The notes under the pieces are model-generated. The model was not told the origin of the DNA. It searched no databases and worked only from the letters and a program-made list of their open reading frames with translations. From positions 32,001 to 96,000 of IMG/VR virus record IMGVR_UViG_3300020577_002562: a stretch of DNA of 64,000 nucleotides; one strand, given 5' to 3'. A program made the position numbers and the translations under genes. The stretch comes from a virus. Its lineage: Duplodnaviria; Caudoviricetes. Below are positions 44,383 through 53,860 of the stretch, one piece after another; within the stretch, counting starts at the first letter, position 1; every line of letters begins with the position of its first letter.

Positions 44383-45456
44383 ATGAAGACGATTTCTTTC
44401 CGCAACCCTGTAGTCGCTACTGAACTGCGCTCGAACGGCGGCCGTGGCTCCCGTTTCGTCGGAGCGAATGGCGAACTAAACGCTTCGTCGAAGAAGGAAC
44501 TGCTTCAGCAAATCACCGCATTTGCGCAAGCCGTTTCGGAACACGGCGCTGTGACTGAAGAAACCGCTGCCGAGCGTGCCGAACTGGCGTCCCGCCATCG
44601 TGAAGCGCTGATGGCTGCGTTCCACGACAACGGTGCTCACCGTGAACTGGGCGAAGTGATGGCCGACGAGCTGTATCAAGCAGCGAACCGTTCGGGCTTC
44701 ATGCGCCGTCTGCTGGCGAAGCAAGATCTGAAGCAAGGTCAGTTCCCTCAAGTGCGCATGCGCATGAAGGACGTAACGGCTGTGGTCGCCAGCTCGCCTG
44801 TGACGGTGTTCGCGCAACTCATCCGTGACAACCTGTACACTCCGCCAGAGTTCTACATTACGGCCCGTCCGTTCGTGGAACAGCGCGAAATCGAGCAGTC
44901 GCTCGGTGACGTTCTGGAAGAGAAGTACCTGGAAGGTCTGGAAGGCGGCATGGTCGCTGAAGACCGTGTGTGGCGCAACATGGCCCTGCAGACAGTGAAC
45001 GTGGCGAACCCACTGACGCTGTTCAGCGGTACCATGAACGTCGCCGGTCTGAACACCCTGCGCAACCAGGTCTCTGGTTGGGGTCTGAGTGCTCGGACTT
45101 GGCTGCTCGCCAACGATCTGTGGACAGACGTTGCCTCGGAAACGACATTCCAAAACGCCCTGGACCCCGTCAGCCAGCATGAACTGCTGATGACTGGTCT
45201 GATGGCGCGCCTGTACGGCATGGAGATCGTGTCCGATGCGTTCCGTCATCCGCAGCACAAGGTGCTGGATCAGGGTGAAATGTTCGTGGTGGCCGACCCG
45301 GTCACCCACGGCATGTACACTGATCGCGGCGGTATCGTGTCGAGCCCAATCGACATCACCACAGAACGTGTGCCGGGCCGTGGATGGGTAATGACGGAAA
45401 CCATGTCGATGGTGATCGCCAATGCCCGTTCCGTCGCACGCGGTTCGCGTTCGTGA
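44383..45456 (+). CDS. major capsid protein (HK97-fold, putative)
   Basis: 357 aa, strong codon bias, GAGG RBS, AEDR..., G...LYG..IVSD, GW...E...M.I.N C-terminal pattern; followed by a UUCG hairpin. Confidence 0.8.
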   Translation: MKTISFRNPVVATELRSNGGRGSRFVGANGELNASSKKELLQQITAFAQAVSEHGAVTEETAAERAELASRHREALMAAFHDNGAHRELGEVMADELYQAANRSGFMRRLLAKQDLKQGQFPQVRMRMKDVTAVVASSPVTVFAQLIRDNLYTPPEFYITARPFVEQREIEQSLGDVLEEKYLEGLEGGMVAEDRVWRNMALQTVNVANPLTLFSGTMNVAGLNTLRNQVSGWGLSARTWLLANDLWTDVASETTFQNALDPVSQHELLMTGLMARLYGMEIVSDAFRHPQHKVLDQGEMFVVADPVTHGMYTDRGGIVSSPIDITTERVPGRGWVMTETMSMVIANARSVARGSRS

Positions 45457-45464
45457 TAGCTAGT

Positions 45465-45480
45465 AGGGGCTTCGGCCCCT
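45465..45480 (+). terminator. AGGGGC-TTCG-GCCCCT hairpin after the MCP
   Basis: cUUCGg tetraloop stem; weak U-tract. Confidence 0.65.
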
Positions 45481-45510
45481 CCACTGTCTAACCGGTAGAG
45501 GAACAGGCAC

Positions 45511-46029
45511 ATGAAGACATACTCCCGACCACTCGATCTCTTGATCCAAGCTGCGGCGTTTGCCAAGGCCGGTGACACAGAGAAGGCTGCTGTGAAGCTC
45601 ATCAAGGCGACACAAGAGCCGGACTTCGACGACTCCATCGATCAACTGAACGAGATGCAGGACGACAACCTGCAACAGCAGCAACAGCAAGTGCAGGGCT
45701 CGGTTCGTAAGAACAACGCTCAAACACTGGCGCGAGCCCTGGCGCGGCTGCAACGTGGCAAGTCGGCAAAGGCTGATCTGCAAGATGATCAGCTTGATCA
45801 ATCCGACGAAGAGCTGGATCTTGGCCTCGATGAACAGGCCGGCATCGATGACATGGACTCGGATACCGTCGCCGACGAGGACGAGTTCACCATCGAAACC
45901 GCTGGTGACGATGACGACCAGGATCAAGAGGACGACCAGCAGCAACAAGACAAGCAACAGCAGCAGTCTAGCGTGCGTCGTGCACGCGCCTCTGCCAATG
46001 CGCGTCTGCTGCGATCCTCGAAGAAGTAA
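45511..46029 (+). CDS. acidic, Gln-rich head-associated protein
   Basis: D/E/Q low complexity; follows the MCP. Confidence 0.65.
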   Translation: MKTYSRPLDLLIQAAAFAKAGDTEKAAVKLIKATQEPDFDDSIDQLNEMQDDNLQQQQQQVQGSVRKNNAQTLARALARLQRGKSAKADLQDDQLDQSDEELDLGLDEQAGIDDMDSDTVADEDEFTIETAGDDDDQDQEDDQQQQDKQQQQSSVRRARASANARLLRSSKK

Positions 46030-46047
46030 ACCAGCATCACGGCAATA

Positions 46048-46084
46048 GCAGGGGCCTACCGGAACTACGCCGGTCGGCCCCTGC
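46048..46084 (+). terminator. GC-rich hairpin
   Basis: GCAGGGGCC-T-ACCGG...CCGGT-C-GGCCCCTGC. Confidence 0.55.
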
Positions 46085-46105
46085 CCACATTGATTGGCGA
46101 ATTTC

Positions 46106-46756
46106 ATGAAACTACCACGCATGACACTTGTAGGGTCTGTGCAACGGTTAGCAGAAGTCTTCAAGTTGAAGCCTACTCAGATACTGCTGACCAACGCTAA
46201 CGACCGGACTCGACGCTTGAAGGAACTGGCAGACAAGGCAATTGGATCAGTGCCTGCAGAATTCCCGCGTGTCTTCGTGGTACCGACGACCATTGCCTAT
46301 GTACCAGATACTTCAGGGTATAGAGCCCGACAACTGAAGCGAGTTGGCGTCTACACCCAAGGCACAGACAATGCCACCGCTCTGATGCGCAAGGAGTTCA
46401 TACCTGTACAGATCGGTGCCAATCTGTTCTACCAAGACGACAACTTTGATCGAGCAGTGGAATTCGGGGTGACTTGGTTGTCGGAAGTGGTCGTCAGCAG
46501 TCGCTTGAACTTCACACTTGAGTATGGCGCCATACCAGTGGACATCAAGGTGACATCGGAGTCTACGAGCATTGACATGCCAGAGTTGGACGCTACAGCG
46601 GAAAACCCAACACCGTTCTATGAGATGGCCCTGAGCTTCCAGATCAACGGATATGGAGAGGCGAATGTAGACGACGCCAATGCTATGGTTCCGATCATCA
46701 GGAGCTCAGAAATCAACGTCAGCTACGAGACTGTAGCTGGTAACCCACAAGCTTAA
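46106..46756 (+). CDS. putative neck/tail-completion protein
   Basis: Position between head and sheath genes. Confidence 0.5.
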   Translation: MKLPRMTLVGSVQRLAEVFKLKPTQILLTNANDRTRRLKELADKAIGSVPAEFPRVFVVPTTIAYVPDTSGYRARQLKRVGVYTQGTDNATALMRKEFIPVQIGANLFYQDDNFDRAVEFGVTWLSEVVVSSRLNFTLEYGAIPVDIKVTSESTSIDMPELDATAENPTPFYEMALSFQINGYGEANVDDANAMVPIIRSSEINVSYETVAGNPQA

Positions 46757-46770
46757 CAGGAAACCATATC

Positions 46771-47193
46771 ATGGGTGCTCCAATCATCACAGACACACCA
46801 ACTGGTTTCCAGCAGGTTAACGCATTACAGACCATCGATAGTGCGATGATCTTGGACCTTAAGTGCAGCATGGCTAACGACCGTATGCTCAGAAACGTCT
46901 TGAGCACCCGGGTCGGAGTCAAGTCTGACACCCAGACACACCACGAAATATCGTTCATCCTGGCGGCAGTCACCAGTGGGCCAAACAACTTTCTGACGCA
47001 TGCGCTTCCCGCTTCTGCTAAGGCTCTGGTGATCGTCAGCAATCGTGATGTTCAGGTCAGCATCACCAATGGCAACGGCACTCTCAATCTTGGCGTCGGT
47101 ACCCTGTTCGTCTTTACCAGTAATTTGACAAGTGTGACGGTGACAAACACTGAGAACGCTGGCACCGCTGAGGTGTCGCTTGTGTCGATCTAG
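46771..47193 (+). CDS. putative structural protein
   Basis: Beta-rich; in structural operon. Confidence 0.55.
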   Translation: MGAPIITDTPTGFQQVNALQTIDSAMILDLKCSMANDRMLRNVLSTRVGVKSDTQTHHEISFILAAVTSGPNNFLTHALPASAKALVIVSNRDVQVSITNGNGTLNLGVGTLFVFTSNLTSVTVTNTENAGTAEVSLVSI

Positions 47194-47211
47194 AACCCTG
47201 GAGCCTAATCT

Positions 47212-47394
47212 ATGATCTACGTCGTTAACAACAACCCGCACATGGTAGACGTACCATTTGTGGATCAGGCCGGAGAACGGCACGAGGTTGCCGTGATGCC
47301 CAAGTCACGTCTGCCGGTCAAACAAGCAGACTGGAAGCCCGTCGATCTTCCGGCACAAGTGTCTGTCATTGACGATCAACCTGTAGGTGAGTGA
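47212..47394 (+). CDS. small protein upstream of the sheath gene
   Basis: GGAG RBS; overlaps the sheath start region. Confidence 0.55.
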   Translation: MIYVVNNNPHMVDVPFVDQAGERHEVAVMPKSRLPVKQADWKPVDLPAQVSVIDDQPVGE

Positions 47395-47396
47395 GC

Positions 47397-49334
47397 ATGG
47401 CTTTGAACTACTTTAGCTCCAACACGTACCTCGAAGAGCGTGATCTCAGCCGCGAGTTGTCGGTTGTTGAAACGTCAACGGGTGCCATCGTGTACGTAGG
47501 TTCTCGTGGTCGGCTGGAACCACAGTTCTTCACGTCGGATCAGGAGTGGCTAGACTACAATGGCTCTCCTGATCCGACAGTCTCGTTCGCGCCGTATTGC
47601 GCTCGCCGCTTCATGCGGTCCAGCGCAAGTCTGTGGGCCGTTCGCGCTGTAGGCACCGGTTACAGCTTCGGCGGTGTGTTCCTGTGGAAGCCTGCAGCCA
47701 CGCCGATTGCGCTGGCGGCCGATACGGAATCCGATCCACGCACCGGAAACATTGACTGGGTTGCTGGCGGATCTGCAACGCTGGACCTGCAAAATGTGGT
47801 GTACTTCTACGCAGACGGTCCAGGCTCATACAGTTCGCAACTGTCCATCGAAATCAAGAGCAAGAATCTGGCAGTACCAAGTGGCCTGACTGCTGTCGAT
47901 GCTGGAACAGTCACTCTACCTGCAGGTGTCGTGTCTACTGGTACACTTGGCGCCGGCACTTACAGCTACCGCGTATCCGCTTTCAATGAAGTAGGTGAAA
48001 CACTTGCTTGTGTGGCCTTCACTGTAGTAATCTCGGGCTCCAACAAGTCGGTATACATTGCACTGCCTGCAGTCGAGTTCGTCAGTGGCTACAAGATCTA
48101 TGGGCGCACTGGCGGATCAGAACTTCTTATAGCTACCGTCGGCATGACGGACGGCTACTACATTGATCGCGGAACCATCACACCTGCAGGTGTTGTTCCT
48201 GTGGCACAGACATTCACATCTCAGTTCACTGTGAATGTGTATGACTCGACGATCTCTACGTCTCGGGCTGTGGAAGTGTTCGAGTGCAGCCTTACGAGTC
48301 AAGTTGACGGTTACGGTCAACAGATGGAAATCGAAAGCCGCATCAATGGGCAGAGTCGATTCATTCGATGCGCTAACCATGCGGCTTCCTTCATCTCGAT
48401 TCCAACGGTCTATTCCATCACGAAGACAGCGATGGCGTCCGGATCATCTGGGGCGGCAGTGACCAATGCGCAGATCGCGGCGGCTTGGGACAACTTTGCG
48501 GACGTTGACCGCTATGACATCCGTTTGCTGATCAATGGTGGGTACACCAGTTCGACAGTACAACTTGCTATGCTCACCCTGGCGACAAGTCGCGGTGACG
48601 CATTCGCCATCTTGGATACGCCACCTACGCAACAGACAATGCAAGGTGCACTAGACCATCGTCGAGTGACGCTGAACACCACATCCAATCGTGGTGCTCT
48701 GTACACACCTGATGTGTTGATCGCTGACGAATTCACTGGTAAGCAACTGTACATCCCACCCTCTGGCGACGTGGCTGGCGTGTTTGCTTACACCGACCGC
48801 ACGACGTATCCGTGGTACGCACCTGCTGGTCCGAATCGTGGTCTAGTCAGTGTAGAAGGCATTCGCACCAAGTACAACCAGAATGAGCGTGACGAATTGC
48901 AGAAGGGGCAAGTGAATTACTTGTTCTCGGCACCTGGACTTGGCATCAGCGTCTGGGAAGCAAGAACGCTGCAAGCCACGCTGTCGGCCTTCTCGTTCAT
49001 CAACGTGCGGCGTCTGGTGGACAACATCGGCATTGCGGCACGTCGCTCGGAGCGTGCGTTCCTGCAAGAGCCGAACGATGACTTCACACGGTTGCAGGTC
49101 AAGACTACGCTTGAACGGTATCTGGAAATCGTCAAGCAGAGTCGTGGCATCTCCAACTACCTGGTTGTGGTGGACAGCCGCAACAACCGACCGATAGTAA
49201 CTGCGAATGGGCTGCTGGTGGTTGACATCATCATCACTCCGATCCTGCCAGCGGAGAAGATTCTGATCCGTCTGAACGTCACTCGACAAGGTGTGAACCT
49301 TGAAGAGTTGGTGGCAAACGGCGCTCTCAATTGA
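47397..49334 (+). CDS. contractile tail sheath protein
   Basis: Y.EE.D.S start, RGDAFAILD, PPSG.VAG, WYAPAG.NRG, RTL, INVRRL, P..PAE.I. Confidence 0.95.
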   Translation: MALNYFSSNTYLEERDLSRELSVVETSTGAIVYVGSRGRLEPQFFTSDQEWLDYNGSPDPTVSFAPYCARRFMRSSASLWAVRAVGTGYSFGGVFLWKPAATPIALAADTESDPRTGNIDWVAGGSATLDLQNVVYFYADGPGSYSSQLSIEIKSKNLAVPSGLTAVDAGTVTLPAGVVSTGTLGAGTYSYRVSAFNEVGETLACVAFTVVISGSNKSVYIALPAVEFVSGYKIYGRTGGSELLIATVGMTDGYYIDRGTITPAGVVPVAQTFTSQFTVNVYDSTISTSRAVEVFECSLTSQVDGYGQQMEIESRINGQSRFIRCANHAASFISIPTVYSITKTAMASGSSGAAVTNAQIAAAWDNFADVDRYDIRLLINGGYTSSTVQLAMLTLATSRGDAFAILDTPPTQQTMQGALDHRRVTLNTTSNRGALYTPDVLIADEFTGKQLYIPPSGDVAGVFAYTDRTTYPWYAPAGPNRGLVSVEGIRTKYNQNERDELQKGQVNYLFSAPGLGISVWEARTLQATLSAFSFINVRRLVDNIGIAARRSERAFLQEPNDDFTRLQVKTTLERYLEIVKQSRGISNYLVVVDSRNNRPIVTANGLLVVDIIITPILPAEKILIRLNVTRQGVNLEELVANGALN

Positions 49335-49348
49335 ACTGAGGACATGAC

Positions 49349-49864
49349 ATGGCACGGTTGAATCTCTCTCAAGCGCAGAGTATTACTGATCCGTTCATCA
49401 CGCATGATTGGAACATCATCTTCACCAGCATCCCAGGTGCTGCTGGACTCGATCTACGCCAGTTGTCGATGCGTGCGCAGACCTCTTCGATCCCTGGTAT
49501 CACGGTTGAACCAACCGTAGTGGCGCTCAAGGATGTCGAAGTCAGTTTCGCATTGCGTCAGACGTGGCCAAAGACGTTGTCCTGCACCTTCTTGGAAGTG
49601 CGCGATATGACCACGCGCGATGCTTTCTTGGCGTGGGCCAAGTTCGCAAAGAACATGCGGACTGGAGTAGGTGCGTACAAGTCCGAGTACGCAATTGACG
49701 TGATCATGGAACTGTACGATGCGACGGACAGTGTGATCCGTATCGTCAAACTACTCAGCGCCTGGCCATCAGAAGTTGGTGAGCTTGGGCTTGAGAGCCC
49801 TGGTAATCCTGGCTACCTGCCAGTGACGTTCACCTATGATGCCACCGACGAGAACGGAGAGTAA
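49349..49864 (+). CDS. tail tube protein
   Basis: Follows the sheath; T4 gp19-like pattern (W..tl.F.E, AWPS.VG.L, VTF.YD). Confidence 0.85.
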   Translation: MARLNLSQAQSITDPFITHDWNIIFTSIPGAAGLDLRQLSMRAQTSSIPGITVEPTVVALKDVEVSFALRQTWPKTLSCTFLEVRDMTTRDAFLAWAKFAKNMRTGVGAYKSEYAIDVIMELYDATDSVIRIVKLLSAWPSEVGELGLESPGNPGYLPVTFTYDATDENGE

Positions 49865-50044
49865 ATCATGCACACTATGCAGACCACTAGACAAGAACTT
49901 GCTTTGATCAAGGGCTCTGACAAGTACTCCTGGTGTACGTACAAGGGCAAACGCGTAGTGCTCGTGTCCGGCTTCCCACATGGATACCAGTTCACGCGAT
50001 CAAGTTCCAGATAAGGTCTGGGATTGGATTCAGGATAATCTCAG

Positions 50045-50758
50045 ATGAGCCTACTCGACACACTGTTGTCTCACCCAACAGTGCTGCGAACCAAGCTACC
50101 GAATCCGCTGCCGCCAGGGCTTCAATCAAGTGTGCGGAAGCTGAATACGAACGTAGAGAAGGTTCGCGGCGCTATTGAGACAGTCAAACGCGCGATTGAC
50201 GGTAGACCAGATATACCCAGTCAGAAACTGGTAGAGCCTGGTGCGACATGGAAGATGGTTGCGGAGCGCGAAGATCCGCAATTCAACTTCAACTGGGACG
50301 TCTTTCTGCTGGTCAATGGTTTGAGCTTTGATCTTGGACCCTACATCGAAGAGGTACAACTGCCGTCCGTATCGATCCAGAGTCAAGAAGTCTTCCGTGA
50401 AGGACAGATGATTCCGCACGGAGAGCACGAGAACGTAGGCGATGTGTCGTTACGCGTCTACGAGGATGTGAACCAATCGGCCATGCGGTTCTTCCGTCGT
50501 TGGAAGATGATGATCCGCACACCAGAAGGTCATTACGCCACGACAGCAGAGTACATGGGAACTCTGATCCTGTACACGAAGGACCAGACTGGCAAGCGAA
50601 TCGCCAGCTACATCTGTTCAGACGTGTGGCCGACCACCATTGGTGGATACACATGGGCTAGTGGACAAGGCGAACGACAGATTCTGGACGTAACGCTATC
50701 GGTAGCCAAGTTCGCTATCCGTGACATTGGAGAAAAACCAGACCCAGTGAACTTCTAG
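50045..50758 (+). CDS. tube-like baseplate/tube-initiator protein
   Basis: Second gp19-fold-like ORF (YED......FF..W, VWPT.I, VTLS). Confidence 0.7.
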   Translation: MSLLDTLLSHPTVLRTKLPNPLPPGLQSSVRKLNTNVEKVRGAIETVKRAIDGRPDIPSQKLVEPGATWKMVAEREDPQFNFNWDVFLLVNGLSFDLGPYIEEVQLPSVSIQSQEVFREGQMIPHGEHENVGDVSLRVYEDVNQSAMRFFRRWKMMIRTPEGHYATTAEYMGTLILYTKDQTGKRIASYICSDVWPTTIGGYTWASGQGERQILDVTLSVAKFAIRDIGEKPDPVNF

Positions 50759-50797
50759 AACAGACCATAAACCATTTCTTAACCCACGAGGGTAGCT

Positions 50798-51709
50798 ATG
50801 ACAGACAAGCCAGTCAAATCCATCGCTCTGGAGTTTCCATCTCTGGACGAGGCGCAACCAATCCAAGCCGGCACCGTACAAGAGCCGAGTTCAAGAGAAG
50901 CGCCTACCAATACCGGCCTAGAGCCACCTCCCAACTTTGACACTCGCCGTCAAAGTATCGCACTCCCCTCATCGTTTGCTTTCTATGACTTCAAGACCGC
51001 GTTCTTGAGGTTCTTGACTCCGCGCGATCAGTTCAGTCTGTATCGAGGCCAAGTCAATAAGACGGTGCGTAACACCGTTGAAGTAGTCAGCGCTTGCATG
51101 CACCAAGACGCGTACAAGCTGACCATAGGTGACTTCCATTACGTGCTGTACGAGCTTCGCATTCACTCGTATACCAAGGCACCGATGACTGTCTCCTGGA
51201 TTTGCACTGCGGATCAGCACTTGCTGGATGTAGAGGCTAAAAAGAAAACGCCCGAGTCTGTACAGCAGAGAAGTAGACTGACTTCGAGCGATCTAGTGAT
51301 AACGCAGTTGACACCAGAGAGGATAGAAGAAGCTGAAGCGCTCCGGGCTTCTATCTTAGAGGAATTCAAGTTCCATGTGCGCCCGACACTTGTAGCAGAC
51401 TGGGTTACTAGCGTAGAGACTCTAGAAGAACAACCCATTGAAGATAGAGCCGTCATAGAGTACATGGACGGGTACGCCACTCTCCTTGATGATAGACACG
51501 GCACCTTGGCGGAGCGTCGAGAGTTGATTGTCAATGCGGAGTCTCCTGATCTATTGTCAGATCTAGACCGTTACTCAGAATTGACAGATCACGGAGTCAG
51601 CGAGTTCTTCAACGTCAAATGCAAGGAGTGCGGAACTACAGAGCGCGTAAGACATGCTCTAGACGTTCCGCACTTCTTTCCCGTCAGTCAAGCCAGAGAC
51701 TCTACTTGA
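50798..51709 (+). CDS. tail assembly chaperone / T4 gp26-like hub assembly protein
   Basis: LPS, LT.GDF.Y.LY.LRI.S, CxxC (CKECG), ends near FFP; precedes the tape measure. Confidence 0.7.
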   Translation: MTDKPVKSIALEFPSLDEAQPIQAGTVQEPSSREAPTNTGLEPPPNFDTRRQSIALPSSFAFYDFKTAFLRFLTPRDQFSLYRGQVNKTVRNTVEVVSACMHQDAYKLTIGDFHYVLYELRIHSYTKAPMTVSWICTADQHLLDVEAKKKTPESVQQRSRLTSSDLVITQLTPERIEEAEALRASILEEFKFHVRPTLVADWVTSVETLEEQPIEDRAVIEYMDGYATLLDDRHGTLAERRELIVNAESPDLLSDLDRYSELTDHGVSEFFNVKCKECGTTERVRHALDVPHFFPVSQARDST

Positions 51710-51875
51710 CATAGCATACAACATGATGGCCCACTTGCACTGCAAGCCGGATTTTGACCATGACATTATCGGCCATCTACTGTACTGGAACGGCAAGTTA
51801 GAAGGCGACATCGAGAAGATTGAGCAAGACAAGGCTAGACGAGCTAGTATGGCACAAAGATCTCCAAAGAGGTAA
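51681..51875 (+). CDS. +1-frame extension of the chaperone (gpGT / gp51-like)
   Basis: Open +1 frame from TTT-CCC-G to TAA 51873-5, filling the gap to the tape measure; no good RBS. Confidence 0.6.
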   Translation, partial: PSVKPETLLDIAYNMMAHLHCKPDFDHDIIGHLLYWNGKLEGDIEKIEQDKARRASMAQRSPKR

Positions 51876-51879
51876 CTAG

Positions 51880-53829
51880 ATGACCACGTTAAGAGAGGCC
51901 CTTGCCCATTTGAAGCGCGTACTGGATGGTCCTGATTTTCGGACCATGCAGACCAAATTCACGCGCCAAGATGAGAAGGAACTCGTCGAGGCCATGAAAG
52001 ACCCCTCTTTCCGTGGTCAAGTTGCTCGGATGAGTACGGCTGCTTTGCAAAAATCTGTGCACAAGATGCGCGGCACCAATGTGAAGGAGCTGGTAGATAA
52101 CTTGGATAAGATCCTGGAGCAAACGGCACTGCGTAACCAAAAGGGAGGTTACCAGTCTGCTGAGATTCGCCAGGTATCTGGTACATTGAAGACGGTGGCT
52201 ACTCTGTTGGAGAAGAACGAGCAGAACCAGGAGCTCACCAACATTCAAACTCTGACTGTGATTAAAGGTCTAGAGCAGTTGGAACGCTTCCTGATCCAAA
52301 CTAAGCGAGGAGATCTGAAGAATACAGGAGAAGCTAGACTGGAGCGAGAAATCGCTAGACAGCTAAAGGAAAACTCCAATGAAATGCTCACATCGAAGAA
52401 CCTGACTCGTGTACTTCATGGTAAGAATCCTAAACAAGAAGGCGACCGGATTAACTTTGAAGAGAAGACACGCGGGGCTAGAAATATTCTCTACTCCATG
52501 CTCGGTCCACTAGGGCCCGTAGTCAAGTCGATAGATGATCTTGTGTTGGAGATGGGTGAGCACAAGGAGACTTTCAAGAAGGTTGGTGGCGGTCTGATCA
52601 AGAGCTTCAAGACTGGGTGGCAAGCTCTAAAGAAGTTTGGCGGAGCTGGCGCTGATATGACAACGGGCTTGTTTGGACGTATTGGTGGTCGGCTAGGAGG
52701 TTTGTTTGGAAAGGGTGCTGGAAGGGCTGGTTCGGTTATTGGAAAAACTGCGGGCGCAGCTGGTCTTCTGTACGGTGCTTTTGAACTTGGTCAGTTGATA
52801 GGTAAGGTACTGAACGAGTTTCTTCCGGAAGACTTCAAGGAGAAACTTGGAAATGCCATCGGTTTTCTAGTTGATGAGCTCCCAGCCAAACTAGGTAAGA
52901 TGACAGAAGAGTTCATCAAGACCACGAAGCAATGGTTTGAAGATACGCTTGATTGGCTCAAGAACGCGCCGGGTCGAGCGAAAGATGCTATTCAGAAGGC
53001 CTTACCAACTTGGCTCGGTGGCACACCAGAACCACCAAAGACAGACTTGCAGAGAGAGGCTGAGACTGCGCGGGCAAAATGGTCTAAACGCGCTCCAGGT
53101 TGGCTGTCTAACAAGTACGAAGGCAACGATAAGTCCATCTTCAAAGATGTGAACGGCTCGTACTCGATGGGCAAATTCCAGTTGAACGAGAAGGGCGCGT
53201 ATCAAGCTTTCTTGAGTCAGAATCCGCAATATGCTGAAGCACTTAAGGGGCTAGCACCAGGATCTGCCGAGTTCAAAGCCAAGTGGGAGGAACTGACCGA
53301 CAAAGATCCCAACTTCGTAGCAGCGCAGGCCAGAGCCGCCAACTCTGTATACGTACCTATACTCAAGCAAGCTAAGGGATTAGGTTTCTCGACCGAAGTA
53401 GAAGGTGTTAGAGAAGCTATCATTAGCGGTGCTATACAACACAGTCCGCAAGGGAACACTTCCATTCTAAAGGCTGCGGCTGCTGACCCTCAGTTCTCGG
53501 AGGGCCCCGGCGGCCAGATCCGCGCATACTACAAAGCACGACGCTCGTACTTCGACACTGCTAAGATGGACGCGTCGGCTACCCCTAAATTCAGGGCCAA
53601 TGTTCAGTCCCGCTATAATCGAGAAGAAAAGGAAGCTCTAGCTATGGTAGAAGCACCGGCCGTGAATAGACTACCAATATCTGCTCCAATCCCAAGTGGA
53701 AGTACGGCTAACAGTGGGCCGGCCAATGACAGCACGACGGCAGGGGGTCATGCTGTTAGTGTAGCTTCCATTCCACTCGTAAGCGAGGATGCCGGTATGC
53801 TGCTGGTAGGATCTAATCTGGTGTATTGA
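51880..53829 (+). CDS. tape-measure-like protein with C-terminal lysozyme-like domain
   Basis: Helical N-half, Gly/Ala-rich middle, SNKYE...S.G.FQ...F.A.W...Q...QH muramidase-like motifs. Confidence 0.7.
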   Translation: MTTLREALAHLKRVLDGPDFRTMQTKFTRQDEKELVEAMKDPSFRGQVARMSTAALQKSVHKMRGTNVKELVDNLDKILEQTALRNQKGGYQSAEIRQVSGTLKTVATLLEKNEQNQELTNIQTLTVIKGLEQLERFLIQTKRGDLKNTGEARLEREIARQLKENSNEMLTSKNLTRVLHGKNPKQEGDRINFEEKTRGARNILYSMLGPLGPVVKSIDDLVLEMGEHKETFKKVGGGLIKSFKTGWQALKKFGGAGADMTTGLFGRIGGRLGGLFGKGAGRAGSVIGKTAGAAGLLYGAFELGQLIGKVLNEFLPEDFKEKLGNAIGFLVDELPAKLGKMTEEFIKTTKQWFEDTLDWLKNAPGRAKDAIQKALPTWLGGTPEPPKTDLQREAETARAKWSKRAPGWLSNKYEGNDKSIFKDVNGSYSMGKFQLNEKGAYQAFLSQNPQYAEALKGLAPGSAEFKAKWEELTDKDPNFVAAQARAANSVYVPILKQAKGLGFSTEVEGVREAIISGAIQHSPQGNTSILKAAAADPQFSEGPGGQIRAYYKARRSYFDTAKMDASATPKFRANVQSRYNREEKEALAMVEAPAVNRLPISAPIPSGSTANSGPANDSTTAGGHAVSVASIPLVSEDAGMLLVGSNLVY

Positions 53830-53860
53830 TGTGATCTGACAAGCTTCTAGTGAGACTATC

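Noticed and set aside
43669-46164. Long minus-strand ORFs opposite the head genes
   Set aside because: Antisense open frames caused by strong codon bias of highly expressed capsid genes
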